Source of the DNA: Octopus sinensis
Lineage: Eukaryota
Assembly (NCBI RefSeq): GCF_006345805.1
Contig: NC_043022.1
Location: forward strand, 7,874,001 to 7,938,000
DNA: 64,000 nucleotides
Direction of reading: 5' to 3'
Of this stretch, positions 10,941 to 23,808 are shown in pieces. Position numbers and translations under genes: made by a program. Every line of letters starts with the position of its first letter. Positions within the stretch are counted from its first letter, which is position 1. The notes under the pieces were generated by a model. The model saw nothing but the letters and a program-made list of their open reading frames with translations. It searched no databases and was not told the origin of the DNA.

Positions 10941-12070
10941 GTTAGTAGTTAGGGTGGTTGTGGTGTTGGTGATATTGTTGATGGTGGTGATGGTTTTGGT
11001 GGTTGTGATTATGGTGATGGTGATGGTGGTGATGATGTTGGTTGTTGTTGTGGTAGTGACATTGCTGATGGTTGTGGTGGCTGTGTGATGATTGTGGTGG
11101 TGGTAGTAATGGTTGTGGTGTTGATGATAGTGTTGATGGTGGTGATGGTGGTCATGATTGTACTGGTTGTGGTGATGGTGATGTGGTTTTTATTGATGGT
11201 GGAGGTTCTTGTTGGCAATGGTATAAATGAGAGGGGGATAATAAACTGATGGTGGGCGTGGTGGTAGTGGTTGTGGGAGTAGTGAAAGTGGTGGTAGTGG
11301 TAGTAGAGTACTTGTTAGTAATAGTGGAATTGGGAAGAAAGTGAGAGAAAGAAAGGAAGGGAGTTAAAGAGAGAGAAAAGGAGAGAAAGAGAGAGAAAGG
11401 AAGGGAGTTAAAGAGAAAGAGAGGAAGAGTAGTAGAGAGCAGAGTTATAGTTATGGTGATGGTGATAGGGAAGGCAGTTTAGGCATTACATTCGTTTTTC
11501 CAATATGTAGGTAAAACAAGAAATAAATGATCGGACAAAAAAATGGCAGCAAAAAAAATAAATAACTAAATAAAAAAGATTGGGTTATTTTCTCTTGTCA
11601 AAGGGAAAAAAAGAAATGAAAAAAAATAACCATCACCACAACCACCAAAAAAAGAAAAAAAAAACTTCAGAAAATACAAAAATCAAAAATAAAAATAAGA
11701 AAAACAAAAAGGGAGAAAAGACAAGAAAAAATAAAAACAACAAAAAACGTGAAAAAATAAAAATCCAGCAAAAACAACAAATCGAAACAAAACAAAAGAA
11801 CAAAATTACATTTAAAAATACAAACAGAAAATAAAGAAGTTTAAGATTTCTCTTCTTTTACTTTTTTTTTTGCTGTATTCTGTTTTCTGTTTCTTGTCTG
11901 TAGTAGTAGTAGTAGCAGCAGCAGCAACAGTAGTTGTTGTTGTTACTTCTGTTGTTGTCATCATTGCTGTTGTTGTTGCTGCTGTTGTATTTGTTGTTGC
12001 TTTTGCTGTTGTTGCTGTCTCTTCAGCACAGGCATGACAGTTTTATTGTTGTAATTGTTGTTGTTGATTT
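10935..12070. repeat. Low-complexity block: (GGT/GAT)n, GA-rich, A-rich, (GTT)n
   Basis: Directly visible. Confidence 0.9.
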
Positions 12071-12492
12071 TGGAGTTGTCTTTTTTATCCTTAATCCCTT
12101 ACTTGTTCCAGTCATTGGACTGTGGCCATGATACAGCAATGCCTTGAAGGGTTTTTCTCGAACAAATCAATCCCAATAATGTTTTTCAGTCTGGTACTTA
12201 TTCCATTAGTCTCTTTTGCTGACCCTCTAATTTACAGGGACATGAACAAACCAACACCATTTGTGAAGTGGTGGTAGGATACAAACACAAGCACACACAT
12301 ATGTACACACACACACACACATACACACATATTATACCACCTGTCTTTGTCTTTTGTTTTTTTGTGAATTCTCTCTATATATAGGTGCAGCTATGGCTGT
12401 GTGGTAAGAAGCTTGCTTCTCAACCATATTGTTCCAGGTTCAGTCCCACTATATGGAAACTTGGGCATATGTATGTATGTATATATATATAT

Positions 12493-12700
12493 TTATAACA
12501 ATAATTAAGGGTTTAGCCACAAGTTTAGCTACAAAATATGACTCTATAGGTAACACTCTCTGCAACTCTCTGTACAGAGAGTGTTATCTATGGAGTCATA
12601 TTTTGTAGCGAAAAGAATTAACGGTCTTTTGGCTGCTATTTCTAAATTTTTCAGTATGTGGTTAAGCAACTTGTTGCTAAACCCTTAATTATTGTTATAA
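12493..12700. repeat. Fold-back palindrome with one arm internally deleted
   Basis: Outer arms 12493-12525/12668-12700, inner arms 12528-12562/12575-12609, 58-nt unpaired segment on the right. Confidence 0.85.
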
Positions 12701-12803
12701 TTATATATAAAACTTCTTGTATAAGTTTTTACCGAATATGGTTCGTTTCCATCCCAAAACTACTTGGTGAAATTTATTAATTATAAATTAATAATTTTTT
12801 ACC

Positions 12804-12877
<74 letters not shown>

Positions 12878-13714
12878 GTCTGTGTGCTTTTGTGTCTGTG
12901 TTTGTCCCCCCTCCCATCACTGCTTGACAACTGGTGTTGGTGTGTTTACATCCCCATAACTTAGTGGTATGGCAGAAAAGACCAATACAATAAGTCACTT
13001 GTATTATAGCTTTGAAAAAATAACGGTTAAAATCGAACTGCACTCTTCAAAACTTGCACTGAGAATAAGTGCACAATGTAAAATTACTACCTGCTTTTAT
13101 AGTAAGTTGATGCAGGTAGTTTATCCTGTCCCCCTCCGACTTTTAGTTTATGCAATAGGAAAAAAAGCCACATTATTTATGGGATGACCCAATATGTGTG
13201 TGTCTGTGTGTGTGAGTATAAGCCATCTAAGAATCCATAAGTCAGGAAAAATATGCAGTCATCATATTTCTTTCTATAATGGCTACCTCTGATGAGTGCA
13301 GGGTCATATAATCGGACTGTTACCTAACACTCTGTCGAACCCCTAATGTGAAACTGATTAGTAGGATTGGCTGTAATACTGTACACTTCAGATAACACAT
13401 ATGCACACACACACACACACTCACACACACACACACACACACTCACACACACTCACACACACAAAAACATGCATAAATACATGGGAGAATGCCATGCAGT
13501 TTCCATGTACCAAATTCACTCACAAGGCATTGGTCAGCCTGTGGATATAGCCGAAGGCATTTGTCCAAGGTGCTGCACAGTAGGGCTGAACCCAAAACCA
13601 CATGGTCACAAGCTAGCTTCTTAACCACTCAGCCAAGCACTCGGTTACAATAATGGAAATTATATAGATTTTTTTGTTATTGTAGTTGATGGTTTTTTTC
13701 CATCATTGCTTTTG

Positions 13715-14290
13715 TTATTGTTGTTGTTGTTGTACCTGTTGCAGTTATTGTTGTGGTAGTAGTGGAAATGTGGTCTCCCAGTACTTATGAATGCTCTTGA
13801 TATTGATCATGTTGTTGTTGTTGCTGGCAGCGGTGGTGGTGGCGATATTGAAAATGTTGATGTTAATGTTTAAATTGCATTGTTGTACTTTTGATGACAT
13901 TATTTGTTGCTGATGGTGATGATGCCGATGATGACAATTGTGATCAAGATCATGATCATAATGATGGTGATGATGATGATGATGTTTTTTCTCCTTCATC
14001 TTTACCTTTGTGTACATCATCATCATCATCTTCGTCAGCCTAATTGTCACTGCATGATGATCATCACAGTATGATGGTGATCATAAGCATCCTCATCACC
14101 ACTACTGCCACCTATACAACCATCAACATTACTACCACTACCACACACACACATACACACTCACACATACACACACATGTGTCTGTATATACACACACGT
14201 GTCTGTATATATGTATATATATATATATATGGACACACACACACGTGTCTGTATATATATATATATATATATATATAGATATATATATAC

Positions 14291-14322
<32 letters not shown>

Positions 14323-14600
14323 ACACACACACATCAGTACTACATCTGCTATCACCACTACCACCACCACTACCACACCTATCACATCCAAAACCACCAC
14401 CACCTCCCCACCACCACCATCATCATCATCGACCATGGTAGCAGTGAGCTGCTGTCTCTCTCCCTCTTTTTTCCTTCATTTGTCCCATTATATATGTCTG
14501 TCTCTTCCTCTCTGTCCCTACCTCTCTTTCTCTCTCTCTCTTTCTCTCTTTCCCTCTCTCCCTCTCTTGTTCCTACCTCTATTTTCACATCTCCTCCTTA
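13715..14600. repeat. Compound trinucleotide and dinucleotide microsatellite field
   Basis: (GTT), (GAT), (CAT), (CA), (TA), (CAC) and (CT) tracts. Confidence 0.9.
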
Positions 14601-15047
14601 GCTTTCTGTTTTTTTTCTTACACAATTATATGAAAAATAACTCGAGTAATTTGAAGTAATTTTTCAATTTTCAATGCACAGTTGATAGCTTTTAGTAGAA
14701 ACATAGAAACCTACACAGAACAACAACAATAACAACAACAACAACAACAACAACAATAATAATAATAATAATATTGGCTATATAAGAAATTGGTTCATTC
14801 ATGGATATATATTCATGAGAGCTTTTGTGTTTTTGTCTTGTTTTGCTTGGTTTTATTTTTGTTTAATTTAATGTCTCATAGGTTACCTCAGTTTCAATGT
14901 CTTGTATTTTTGTGTATTTGTGTGTGAATATAAGTGTGTGTAAGTTACATGTGAGTGTGTGTGTGAATTATGTGTGTATGTATGTGTGTGGGTGTGTGTG
15001 TATATATATATATGTATATATATATATACATATATGTATATATAGAC

Positions 15048-15080
<33 letters not shown>

Positions 15081-15117
15081 CAGTTATATGCATTATAGAT
15101 ATGTGTGTGTATATATG

Positions 15118-15156
<39 letters not shown>

Positions 15157-15181
15157 AACACACATTGTTTAATGTACACAG

Positions 15182-15434
15182 TATAAAGTTATGAGCGGCT
15201 AATAGTTTCATACATTGGACTTGTTTTCCGGGCAAGTTTCAATCACACACTTAGTGTCTCCCAGCAATCTTCAGGCTCTGAGTGCATGGCCTATACAAGT
15301 TACAAATCCTGACAATAGAACTAGAGAAATCATGTGAATTCCTGGACATTGCTTGGCGGTACTAATTGCATTATTAAAACCTGCCTAGAAAGCATCTCAA
15401 ATGTATGAAACTATAACTAGCTCATACCTTTATA
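15182..15434. mobile_element. MITE-like element with about 35-bp terminal inverted repeats
   Basis: TATAAAGTTATGAGCGGCTAATAGTTTCATACATT versus the reverse complement of AATGTATGAAACTATAACTAGCTCATACCTTTATA. Confidence 0.65.
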
Positions 15435-15952
15435 TTGTGTATATTAAACAATATATTTATTTCTCACCAGAAGGAGTACTTCTTTTGCTTATCTTACCTT
15501 AACAGAAAAGTAGACTACACACACACACACACACACACATACACACACACACACATGCACATACACACTCACACATTCCTTAGCTAAACATTCGATACAG
15601 CCAGATCACAAGTGCAATTTTGGCCTAGAGAAAGGAACACATATAATAATGGCTCCCCTTAAAATCCATGGATATTGCTAATCATAGTTGTAAAATCCTA
15701 TAGAAGGGGAATGTAGCCACAAAAAACATGTGCTTTTCGGAAACGTATGTAGCAATGTATTAAAGGATTTATGACTTTCCACTCAAACGTTTTCATTATT
15801 ACTATATTTATCCTTTACTATAGCAATGCCAGACTATTAACTATCCCATAAAATTACTCTGGGAGATGGGAATAATAAGAGGTAGCCAGAAAAAATAGCA
15901 TAGGAGCCTTTTATGAGTACACTCAAAAACGTTTCCCATAAACAAACTTAAA

Positions 15953-15998
<46 letters not shown>

Positions 15999-16332
15999 TA
16001 TTAGCTGCAGGTATGACAGTGTGGCAAAGAAGTTGTTCACTTTGCAACAGGAAAGATTGTTTATACAATATTTAGTTCCATCATCGTACGTTCGCTTCAT
16101 TAACAATGAATGATTATTTGTGACATGATGTAATTTTTGTTGTTCTGTTTTGCTCTGTTTTCCATATGTACTGTGTGACATACCCAGCTGTGAATACCCA
16201 GCTGTGGATTCCTATCAAATGATACAAGGACAATTGTATGAATCCTCTTCAAAGCTTCTCTTCAGGTGTATAGAATTATAAATGGGGGTTGAAAAACTGA
16301 TTGTGATGCAATTTAAAATATATATATATATA

Positions 16333-16690
16333 TAGTAACTCTTGATTATCGTGGATGTTATGTTCCAAAACCCCTTGTGATGGGGGAAAATTTGTATATA
16401 TATTTTTTTATAAATGTAAAACAACACCAAACACTCGCCACCCTAGTTTCATTTTCACAGTATGTGCAGTTCTTTGCTTACTCATCTACAGTACATTACG
16501 TATTTTTTTAAATATATTTTAATTAATGTGTTATACAGTGCAGTACTGTACTCTATTTTTATTTATTAATTTTTAGGTGTGAAAATTCTTATTTTACCAC
16601 AGAAATAATTAAAATCTAAAACAATATAAATACCTATTGGCTGTAGAAACACGTGATATACTGAGGAGTCTGTGATATAAATCTATATAT
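16333..16690. mobile_element. Possible decayed Tigger/pogo-like MITE
   Basis: Left end TAGTAACTCTTGATTATCGTGGATGTTATGTTCCAAAACCC resembles Tigger-type MITE termini; right TIR poorly preserved. Confidence 0.35.
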
Positions 16691-16779
16691 GTTAGCCAGA
16701 AAACACTTCGATGTACTGAGGGTGTGATAGGTGACCCACGATTGACCTATATGGTGAGTGATTACTGTAAATATATGAT

Positions 16780-16945
16780 AGATCACTAGCCACTACACAT
16801 TCTTTATTTTCTCTCCTTGTTTCTTTCTGTGTACTTATCCGTGGAAGAGCGTAGGCTCGAAACATTAAAGACTTTTTCACTTCCCGAGCATTATACTAAT
16901 ACATCTATCTGTTCTCGTCTTTTGTTTTTTTTTGTGAATTCTCCC
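16780..16945 (+). mobile_element. Short non-autonomous element with hammerhead-like motif (family H, copy 1)
   Basis: GATCRYTAGCCACTACAC...GAAGAGCGTAGGCTCGAAAC...CTAATACATCT...CTTTTGTTTT shared with 24720, 36220 and 60360; ends at a (TA)n tract. Confidence 0.8.
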
Positions 16946-17026
16946 TATATATATATGTGTGTGTGTTATGAATATATGATGTATGCATGTATATATATTA
17001 TATATATATTATTATATATACATATA

Positions 17027-17060
<34 letters not shown>

Positions 17061-17063
<3 letters not shown>

Positions 17064-18765
17064 CGTGCCATGTACAGGGACGCTGTTAGTAAGGTGAGGG
17101 TGGCAACGAGTACAGTGAAGAATTCCAGGTGGAGGTTGGGGTCCACCAAGGCTCAGTCCTCAGCCCCCTCCTATTTATCATAATCCTCCAGGCAATAACG
17201 GAGGAATTCAAGACAGGATGCCCCTGGGAGCTCCTCTATGCTGATGACCTTGCTCTAATTGCTGAATCACTATCAGAACTTGAGGAGAAGTTTCAGGTGT
17301 GGAAGCAAGGATTAGAATTGAAGGGCCTTAGAGTCAATCTAGCTAAAACCAAAGTCCTAATTAGTAGGAAGGTAGACAATCTCAAACGCCTTCAGGTAGA
17401 TGGCCCTGCTTGATCTGTAGAAAAGGCGTAGGTAGGAACTCTATAAGATGCACCAAGTGTAAGCATGGACACATAAGAGGTGCAGCAATGTCAAAGAGGC
17501 TAACTAGGAATATATTTTTTGTATGTGCAGATGCTCTGGTGCAATAAACACTGAAAATGTGCAGAGACCGTCTTCCGCCACATTCCAGGGAGAAAAACTA
17601 GAAATAGTTGATAGTTTCCATTACCTAGGTGATCAAGTCAGTAGTGGGAGTGGGTGTGCCGAAAGTGTAACTGCTAGAGTAAGAATAGCCTGGGCAAAGT
17701 TCAGAGAGCTCTTACCTCTGCTGGTGACAAAAGGCCTCTCGCTCAGAGTAAAAGGCATATTGTATGACGCATGTGTATGAACAGCCATGCTACATGGCAG
17801 TGAAACATGGGCTGTGACTGCTGAGGATATGCGTAAGCTCACAAGAAATGAAGCCAGTATGCTCCGGTGGATGTGTAATGTCAGTGTTCATACCCGACAG
17901 AGTGTAAGTGCCTTGAGAGAAAAGTTGGACCTAAGAAGCATCAGATGTGGTGTGAAAGAGAGACGTCTACGCTGGTATGGACACGTGGTAAGAATGGATG
18001 AAGATAGTTGTGCGAAAAAGTGCCACACCCTGGCGGTTGAGGTAACCTGTGGAAGAGGTAGACCCAGGAAAACCTGGGACGAGGTGGTGAAACACGACCT
18101 TCGCTCTTTAGGTCTCACCGAGGAAATGACCAGAGACCAAGACCTTTGGAAGTATGCTGTGCGTGAGAAGACCCGGCAGAACAAGTGAGGCCATAACCCG
18201 TGGCCCCTACCTGGGGCATACCTTCCTTCTTGGGACACATAACTCTACTTGTGAGGACCTGTTGAGGCAAGTGAAAATCAAAATAAAAGAATCAAATCAA
18301 AATCGAAATCGATCCACATCAATGGAATTTGTAGTTTGTGGTACCAGTGGCCGGTGGCACATAAGAAAACCATCCGAATGTGGCCATAGCCAGCACCGTA
18401 TCGACTGGCCTCCGTGCCGGTGGCACGTAACAAACACCATCCGATCGTGGCCGTGCCAGCCTCACCTGGCCTCTGTGCCACGTAAAAAACACCATCCGAG
18501 CATGACTGTTCGCCAGCCTCGTCTGGCACCTGTGGCGGTGGCACATAAAAAGCACCCACTACACTCATGGAGTGGTTGGCGTTAGGAAGGGCATCCATCT
18601 GTAGAAACACTGCCAGATCTGACTGGCCTGCTGCAGCCTTCGGGCTTCCCAGATCCCAGTTGAACCGTCCAACCCATGCCAGCATGGAAAGCGGACGTTA
18701 AACAATGATGATGATGATGATGATGGAAAGCAGACGTTAAACGATGATGATGATGATGATGATGA
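17061..18765 (+). mobile_element. 5'-truncated RTE-clade LINE: RT with inserted PHD-type finger, C-terminal domain, 3' UTR with tandem repeats, (GAT)n tail
   Basis: VGVHQGSVLSPLLF, LLYADDL, FHYLG, MLHGSETW, RRLRWYGHV.RM, GRGRPRKTW; ORF stop at 18186-18188; frameshifts and an in-frame TGA at 17778-17780; about 60-bp tandem units at 18350-18560; terminal about 20 bp plus tail duplicated. Confidence 0.95.
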
Positions 18766-18911
18766 ATGAGAAAAAGAAGGAAAATGGAGAAATTGATATG
18801 TAGACGTCAGCTTATTCAAAGATATTCAAATCAATATAATATGAAGTTCTTATCCCTACAGCCACTTATAGCCAATTAATTTAATATACATGTATGTATA
18901 TGTATTTCAAA

Positions 18912-19165
18912 GGAGTGGCTGTGTGGTAAGTAGCTTGTGTGTGTGTGCCTTTGTGTCTGTGTTTGTTCCTCACCACTGCTTGACAACTGATGTTGTTGTG
19001 TTTATGTCCCCATACCTTAGCAGTTCAGCAAAGGGAACTGGTAGAATAAGTAATGGGCTTAGCAAAACATCTAAGTACTAGGTATTAATTCATTCGATTA
19101 AAAATTCTTCAAGGTGGTGCCTCATCATGGCCACAGTCTAATGACTGAAACAAGTAAAAGCTGAA
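18912..19165 (+). mobile_element. tRNA-derived SINE, family B (internally deleted)
   Basis: AGGAGTGGCTGTGTGGTAAGTAGCTTG head and ATGACTGAAACAAGTAAAAG end as in the complete copy at 59364. Confidence 0.8.
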
Positions 19166-19486
19166 AGATAGAAGATATAAAGAGGTACTTTTTTCATTTG
19201 TGGATTAACACGACTACCATTGGTTTCATGCTGACAGAATATTTCTCAGCAAATATCAAGCCTGCTACATGGAATGTTGGTACTCATCTCCATCTTGGAT
19301 GGTGTTGGGCACTCATTCTCACTGCTGAGCACTCATTCTAAATGTTCAATATTAGTAGTATAGTGGTAATCTCACCTGTCATGCAGAAGAACAAGGTTCA
19401 ATACTACACCAAAGAGGCTAGTTACTCTTTTCAAGGCAGTGCTCCAGCATGCCACAGTCAAATGACTGAAACAGATAAAAGAATAT

Positions 19487-19525
<39 letters not shown>

Positions 19526-19637
19526 TCCATGGGTTTGACAAATTCAAAAGAAGCTGTGTCTGACCACTTAGAATAAAGAAATAAGCTTAAGAATTAATAT
19601 ATTCAATCCATAATTATTTAACAACAAAATACATTTT

Positions 19638-19806
19638 ATATATATTTACATACATGCATACATATATAGGTCAGGTTAGGTCAGGTCAGATGTGGGAGTA
19701 TGCACCATTGCAGTGCAGTGAATGTAACAACTTGGTGCAATGGTGCATGCTCCCACACCTGACTTGACCTGACCTATATATGTATGCATGTATGTAAATA
19801 TATATA
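19638..19806. repeat. Fold-back palindrome, about 70-bp arms with (AGGTC)n, 23-nt spacer
   Basis: 19638-19712 is the reverse complement of 19736-19806 apart from one extra 5-bp unit and a few substitutions. Confidence 0.9.
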
Positions 19807-20772
19807 CATATATATATACATATATATATATATATTCTCATATGAGAAGAGAAAATGAAAATGGAGAAATTAATAGCAATTATTTTAAAGGACACGGTTG
19901 CACCTGAGCACTGTATACAATAATTTCATTATTATATTAAATAGAAATACGGGTAGAAATAATAAGGGTAAATGTCCAATGACTAACAATGATACACAGA
20001 ATATGGGAACCAATTTATTTCCTTGTTCATTGGATAATCATCATAAAGTTAGGACTTGGAGTAATAGAACAAAAGGACAAACCCCCTTGTATGTATAATA
20101 AGGTTTGAAAATTTGAAAATTATAATGTGTCTTCTGATAAGAACAGCATTAATTGGATGATTATTCCATTTGCCAAGGAAATTAAGAATAATTTAGTTGG
20201 ATCTTTGTACAAATTTTTTTATAAACATTTACCAAGGAAAATAGATATTTTGATATAATTAACCCCAGATTTCACAGAATTGCAGATTCGGTTTCTAATA
20301 GGTTGTCCCAGATCATTTCCTCTTTTAATGGGCAAAAATTATCTGATTTTTATAGCAATAATCACCAAATTAAATACAACAATTATGATTCTCTAAGAAA
20401 AAAATATTAGTAATGAAGGAGTTCATAATTCCTCTAATGTATAAGGGGAAGCAACCTACATTAAATCCCATCTCAACCTGAACAGCATAGGTAACACTGT
20501 AAATAACAATTACACCAAATATAAAGATATAAATCAAAATAATAACATGAATAGTAATGATAATATGTATTGTGATTGCAATGGTTTGTAAAAAAGCACC
20601 CACTACACTCTTGGAGTGGTTGGCATTAGGAAAGGCATCCAGCTGTAGAAACACCGCCAGATCAGACCGGAGCCTGGTGCAGCCTCCTGACTTCCCAGAC
20701 TCCGGTTGAACTGTCCAACCCATGCCAGCATGGAAAGCGAACGTTAAATGATGATGATGATTATGATGATGA

Positions 20773-21095
20773 AGGTGTGTGGCTTAGTGGTTAGTGGTAT
20801 TTGTCTCATGATCGTAAGGTTACGAATTTGATTCCAGGTGGCATGTTGTGTCCTTGAGCAAGACACTTTATTTTCACATTGTTCCAGCCCATTCAGCTGG
20901 CAAAAAATGAGTTGCACCTGTATTTCAAAGGGTCAGCCTTGTCACATTTTGTGTCATGTTGAATCTCCTTGAGAATATGTGAAGGATTCTTGTGTCTGTG
21001 GAGTGCTCAGCCACTTGCACGTTAATCCCACGAGCAGCTTTGTTACATTGATTGAATCAACTGGACCCTCATCATCATAAGCGACAGAGTGCCAG
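20773..21095 (+). mobile_element. tRNA-derived SINE, family D
   Basis: GGCTTAGTGGTTAG A-box, TTTGATTCC B-box-like, TGTGTCCTTGAGCAAGACACTTTATTT core; directly follows an RTE tail (20586-20770). Confidence 0.8.
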
Positions 21096-21141
<46 letters not shown>

Positions 21142-21230
21142 ACACACACACACACACGCATGTAAGTAAACAGATACATACAAACATATATGTATATATA
21201 TATATATACACACACACAACACATACATAT

Positions 21231-21263
<33 letters not shown>

Positions 21264-21879
21264 TATACACAGAGAGAGAGAGACACGCACAACACACACA
21301 CACACACACACACACAGAAGTCTGCCTGATGAGCTTCTGTCAAACTGTCCTACCCATGCGAGCATGGAAGGCAGGCATTAAACGCTGAATGTTGACTTTG
21401 CCTTTCATCCTTCCGGGTTTGATAAATTAAGTACCAGTTGCATATTGGGGTTGATCTAATCGACTGGCCCCCTCCCCCAAAATTTGGGCCTTGTGCCTAG
21501 AGTAGAAAAGGATGATGATGACATTGGTGATGATACATATATATATAATATATATATATTATATATATATATATCAAGCAGTAAATTATCAGTTAGGACA
21601 TGTAACTTGTCAGAATGTAACCATTGGTTTTGTGCCAAACTCTTGCATTTGGCAATATTGACACCCCTTCAGACATGCAAGCTAGAAATGTAAAACATTT
21701 TTTTATGGTGAAGTTATATATAGATCCTGGCTGGCTCAATATTGGTAAAAACAAATGGAACAAAGCATAGTGAAAAAGTATAATATTTTTGAGGCAGAAA
21801 AGTAGAGTTACTCTCTATAGATTGATGTTAACCGTGGCTGAGGTATCATTTTGAGTGTGTATACATATATGTTATTCTC

Positions 21880-22165
21880 TAGTTGAAAATTTGGGATGTC
21901 AAGGGCGAATGGAGTATGGTGGTATGGGCATGTGTCGAGGGGGGGTGAGGATCATGTTCTGAGGAATGTGCTTTAGTTTAAAGCGAGGTCAACCAAAGAA
22001 AACGTGGAGGAGGCAGGTGGAGGTGGAGATTGGGAGGGTTGGCTCGAGGAGGGAGGACGTCCAAAACTGGGCGAGATGGTGTGAGAGCGATTGCTGTAGG
22101 AGTGAGGTAGATCCGGCCACTCCTGTTAACAGGGACAAATCCGGATTTTAAATATTGGAATTTAT
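21880..22165 (+). mobile_element. RTE-type LINE C-terminal fragment (different family)
   Basis: WYGHV.R..EDHVLR...KRGQPKKTWRRQVE.E...VG...EDV.N..RW pattern. Confidence 0.75.
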
Positions 22166-22189
22166 TCATTCATTCAAGTGTATCATCAT

Positions 22190-22410
22190 CATCATTATCA
22201 TCATCATTTAACGTCTGTTTTCCGTGCTAGCATGGGTTGGACGGTTTGACCGGGGTCTGGGAAGCCAGGAGGCTGCACCAGGCTCCAGTCTGATCTGGCA
22301 GTGTTTCTACAGCTGGATGCCCTTCCTAACGCCAACCACTCCGTGTCATGTTGAATCTCCTTGAGAAATATGTGAAGTGGGTGCTTTTTACGTGTCACTG
22401 GCACCTGCCA
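22190..22410 (-). mobile_element. RTE 3'-end fragment carrying a 35-bp foreign insert
   Basis: Reverse match to 18550-18720; 22343-22377 matches 20951-20984 instead of the expected sequence. Confidence 0.85.
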
Positions 22411-22860
22411 AATATTTCACTTTTTGAGTTCAGAAAAGTATCCGGATTTTGTGAAGATTTTGAATGATTCTCACTTCCATCAAGCAGTGTTTGCAATGCT
22501 TGCTTCCTTTCTGAGACAGTCCAGGTCATTCTAGTAATTTCCTGGTGATTTTGTATACATTGCTTCTTTTAATGGCTATGTATTGCTGGCTAACGTTGTA
22601 ACATTGTGCTTCTTTGAGATTCTAAAACAGGATCTGTGATTACTCAGCCTGGTCTTAAAAAGGCTCTCCATTGCCCCAATATATTTCTGGAAATATGCCA
22701 TTCCACCGATATTGGACAACACCACCTCTGCTTTGTAGGCCACAGCTTCTGTGTTGCAGTGACTCTTCACTGGTAACTCATTGTAAACCCTAAACGAGCA
22801 TCCTGCCACTGTTTGAGGTCTTGGGCTCCTCATTAATATATTGCTTGATATTAGGTGCAC
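22400..22860 (-). mobile_element. Penelope-like element GIY-YIG endonuclease remnant
   Basis: C...EAVAYKAEV...QKYIG.ME..FKTRLSNHRSCF...TTLA...C..CLME...LNSKSEI; fits the PLE GIY-YIG pattern (VxY..., YIG, R..NH, LN). Confidence 0.75.
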
Positions 22861-23203
22861 AGTTGAATGTGATCCTTAAGTTATGACTATTAAATATCTT
22901 CCGATGCCTACGGTCCTGTGTACTCACTGTATACTCAATGCTTAGTCACTAATCTAAGGGAGACCCTTCCCATGCAGATTTTCACATTAAGAAGTAGTTT
23001 GGGCAGCCACAGGACCTTTCAGCAGTGCTTTTTCTTGTGGCTGTTAAGCTTGATGATATAAATGATGTGGTCTTTGAATCTACAGGCAGCCAAAGTCTAG
23101 TGTAAATAGGTCACTGTCAAAAATATTTTTATATCGTTATTTGAGGTTAAGTTCAAAATTCTCCTATTTGAGGTTAAGTTAAAAATTCACCCTTTATCAG
23201 GTA

Positions 23204-23808
23204 CTAGCAGTATTGCCCGGCTCAACGGGGATTTCAGGGGAGAGTTTCAGGGAGTCGCTGGCGATGTATTGTGATGATCAAAAATCCGGTCTGCTAAAAT
23301 TTGGTTAAAGTGATTCAAACTGCAGACTCAACGCAAAATGGTCACATTTAATTCAAAGCGTTAAAAATGTTATGAAAACAATTGGTATGTGTTCACAAAG
23401 TCCAAACGATTAATCTGAAAAAACCCTCCAGGCTACATCCCGAAAATTCATTTCTTTGCCGAATTTCTACAATGTTTACTGCGATTCTTTTTTATATCTT
23501 GATTTTTTATTCTTCATGCAATTTACACATGCTTGCACGCGTGGTGAACACAGTTCATGTCAAACAGCTGACTGAGTAAAGCTCACTATTCAATGTATGG
23601 GATAAGGCCTAAACAAACACATTATCGATTTTTGCACTTGCGAGATGAATTTCGGAACAGAAATAGCGCAGTTCAATTTTCATTTGCCTAAACTTTAAGT
23701 GACCCATTTTTGATGGTTCTACGATTTGTTGGCTAGGAGGAGATTTGCCGGGAAGTTAAACACACAGATACACACACAGACACTCAAGTTGAGTTTTATA
23801 TATATAGA
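23204..23808 (-). mobile_element. Non-autonomous Helitron
   Basis: Minus strand begins A|TCTATATATATAAAA and ends CCCGTTGAGCCGGG-CAATACTG-CTAG|T: 5' TC, subterminal hairpin, 3' CTAG, A/T target with no TSD. Confidence 0.85.

Noticed and set aside
15490-15515. Recursive-splice-like AG|GTAAGA (minus strand); similar AG|GT at about 11500(+)
   Set aside because: Weak acceptors, opposite strands, and no known host transcript.
18350-18560. CRISPR-like periodic array (also 42640-42920 and 51700-51870)
   Set aside because: The units are whole tandem repeats in an RTE 3' UTR with no unique spacers, no cas genes, and a eukaryotic context.
19900-20580. Possible decayed PLE/LINE coding sequence on the minus strand
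   Set aside because: Only a vague PxYIRG-like word; no diagnostic motif.
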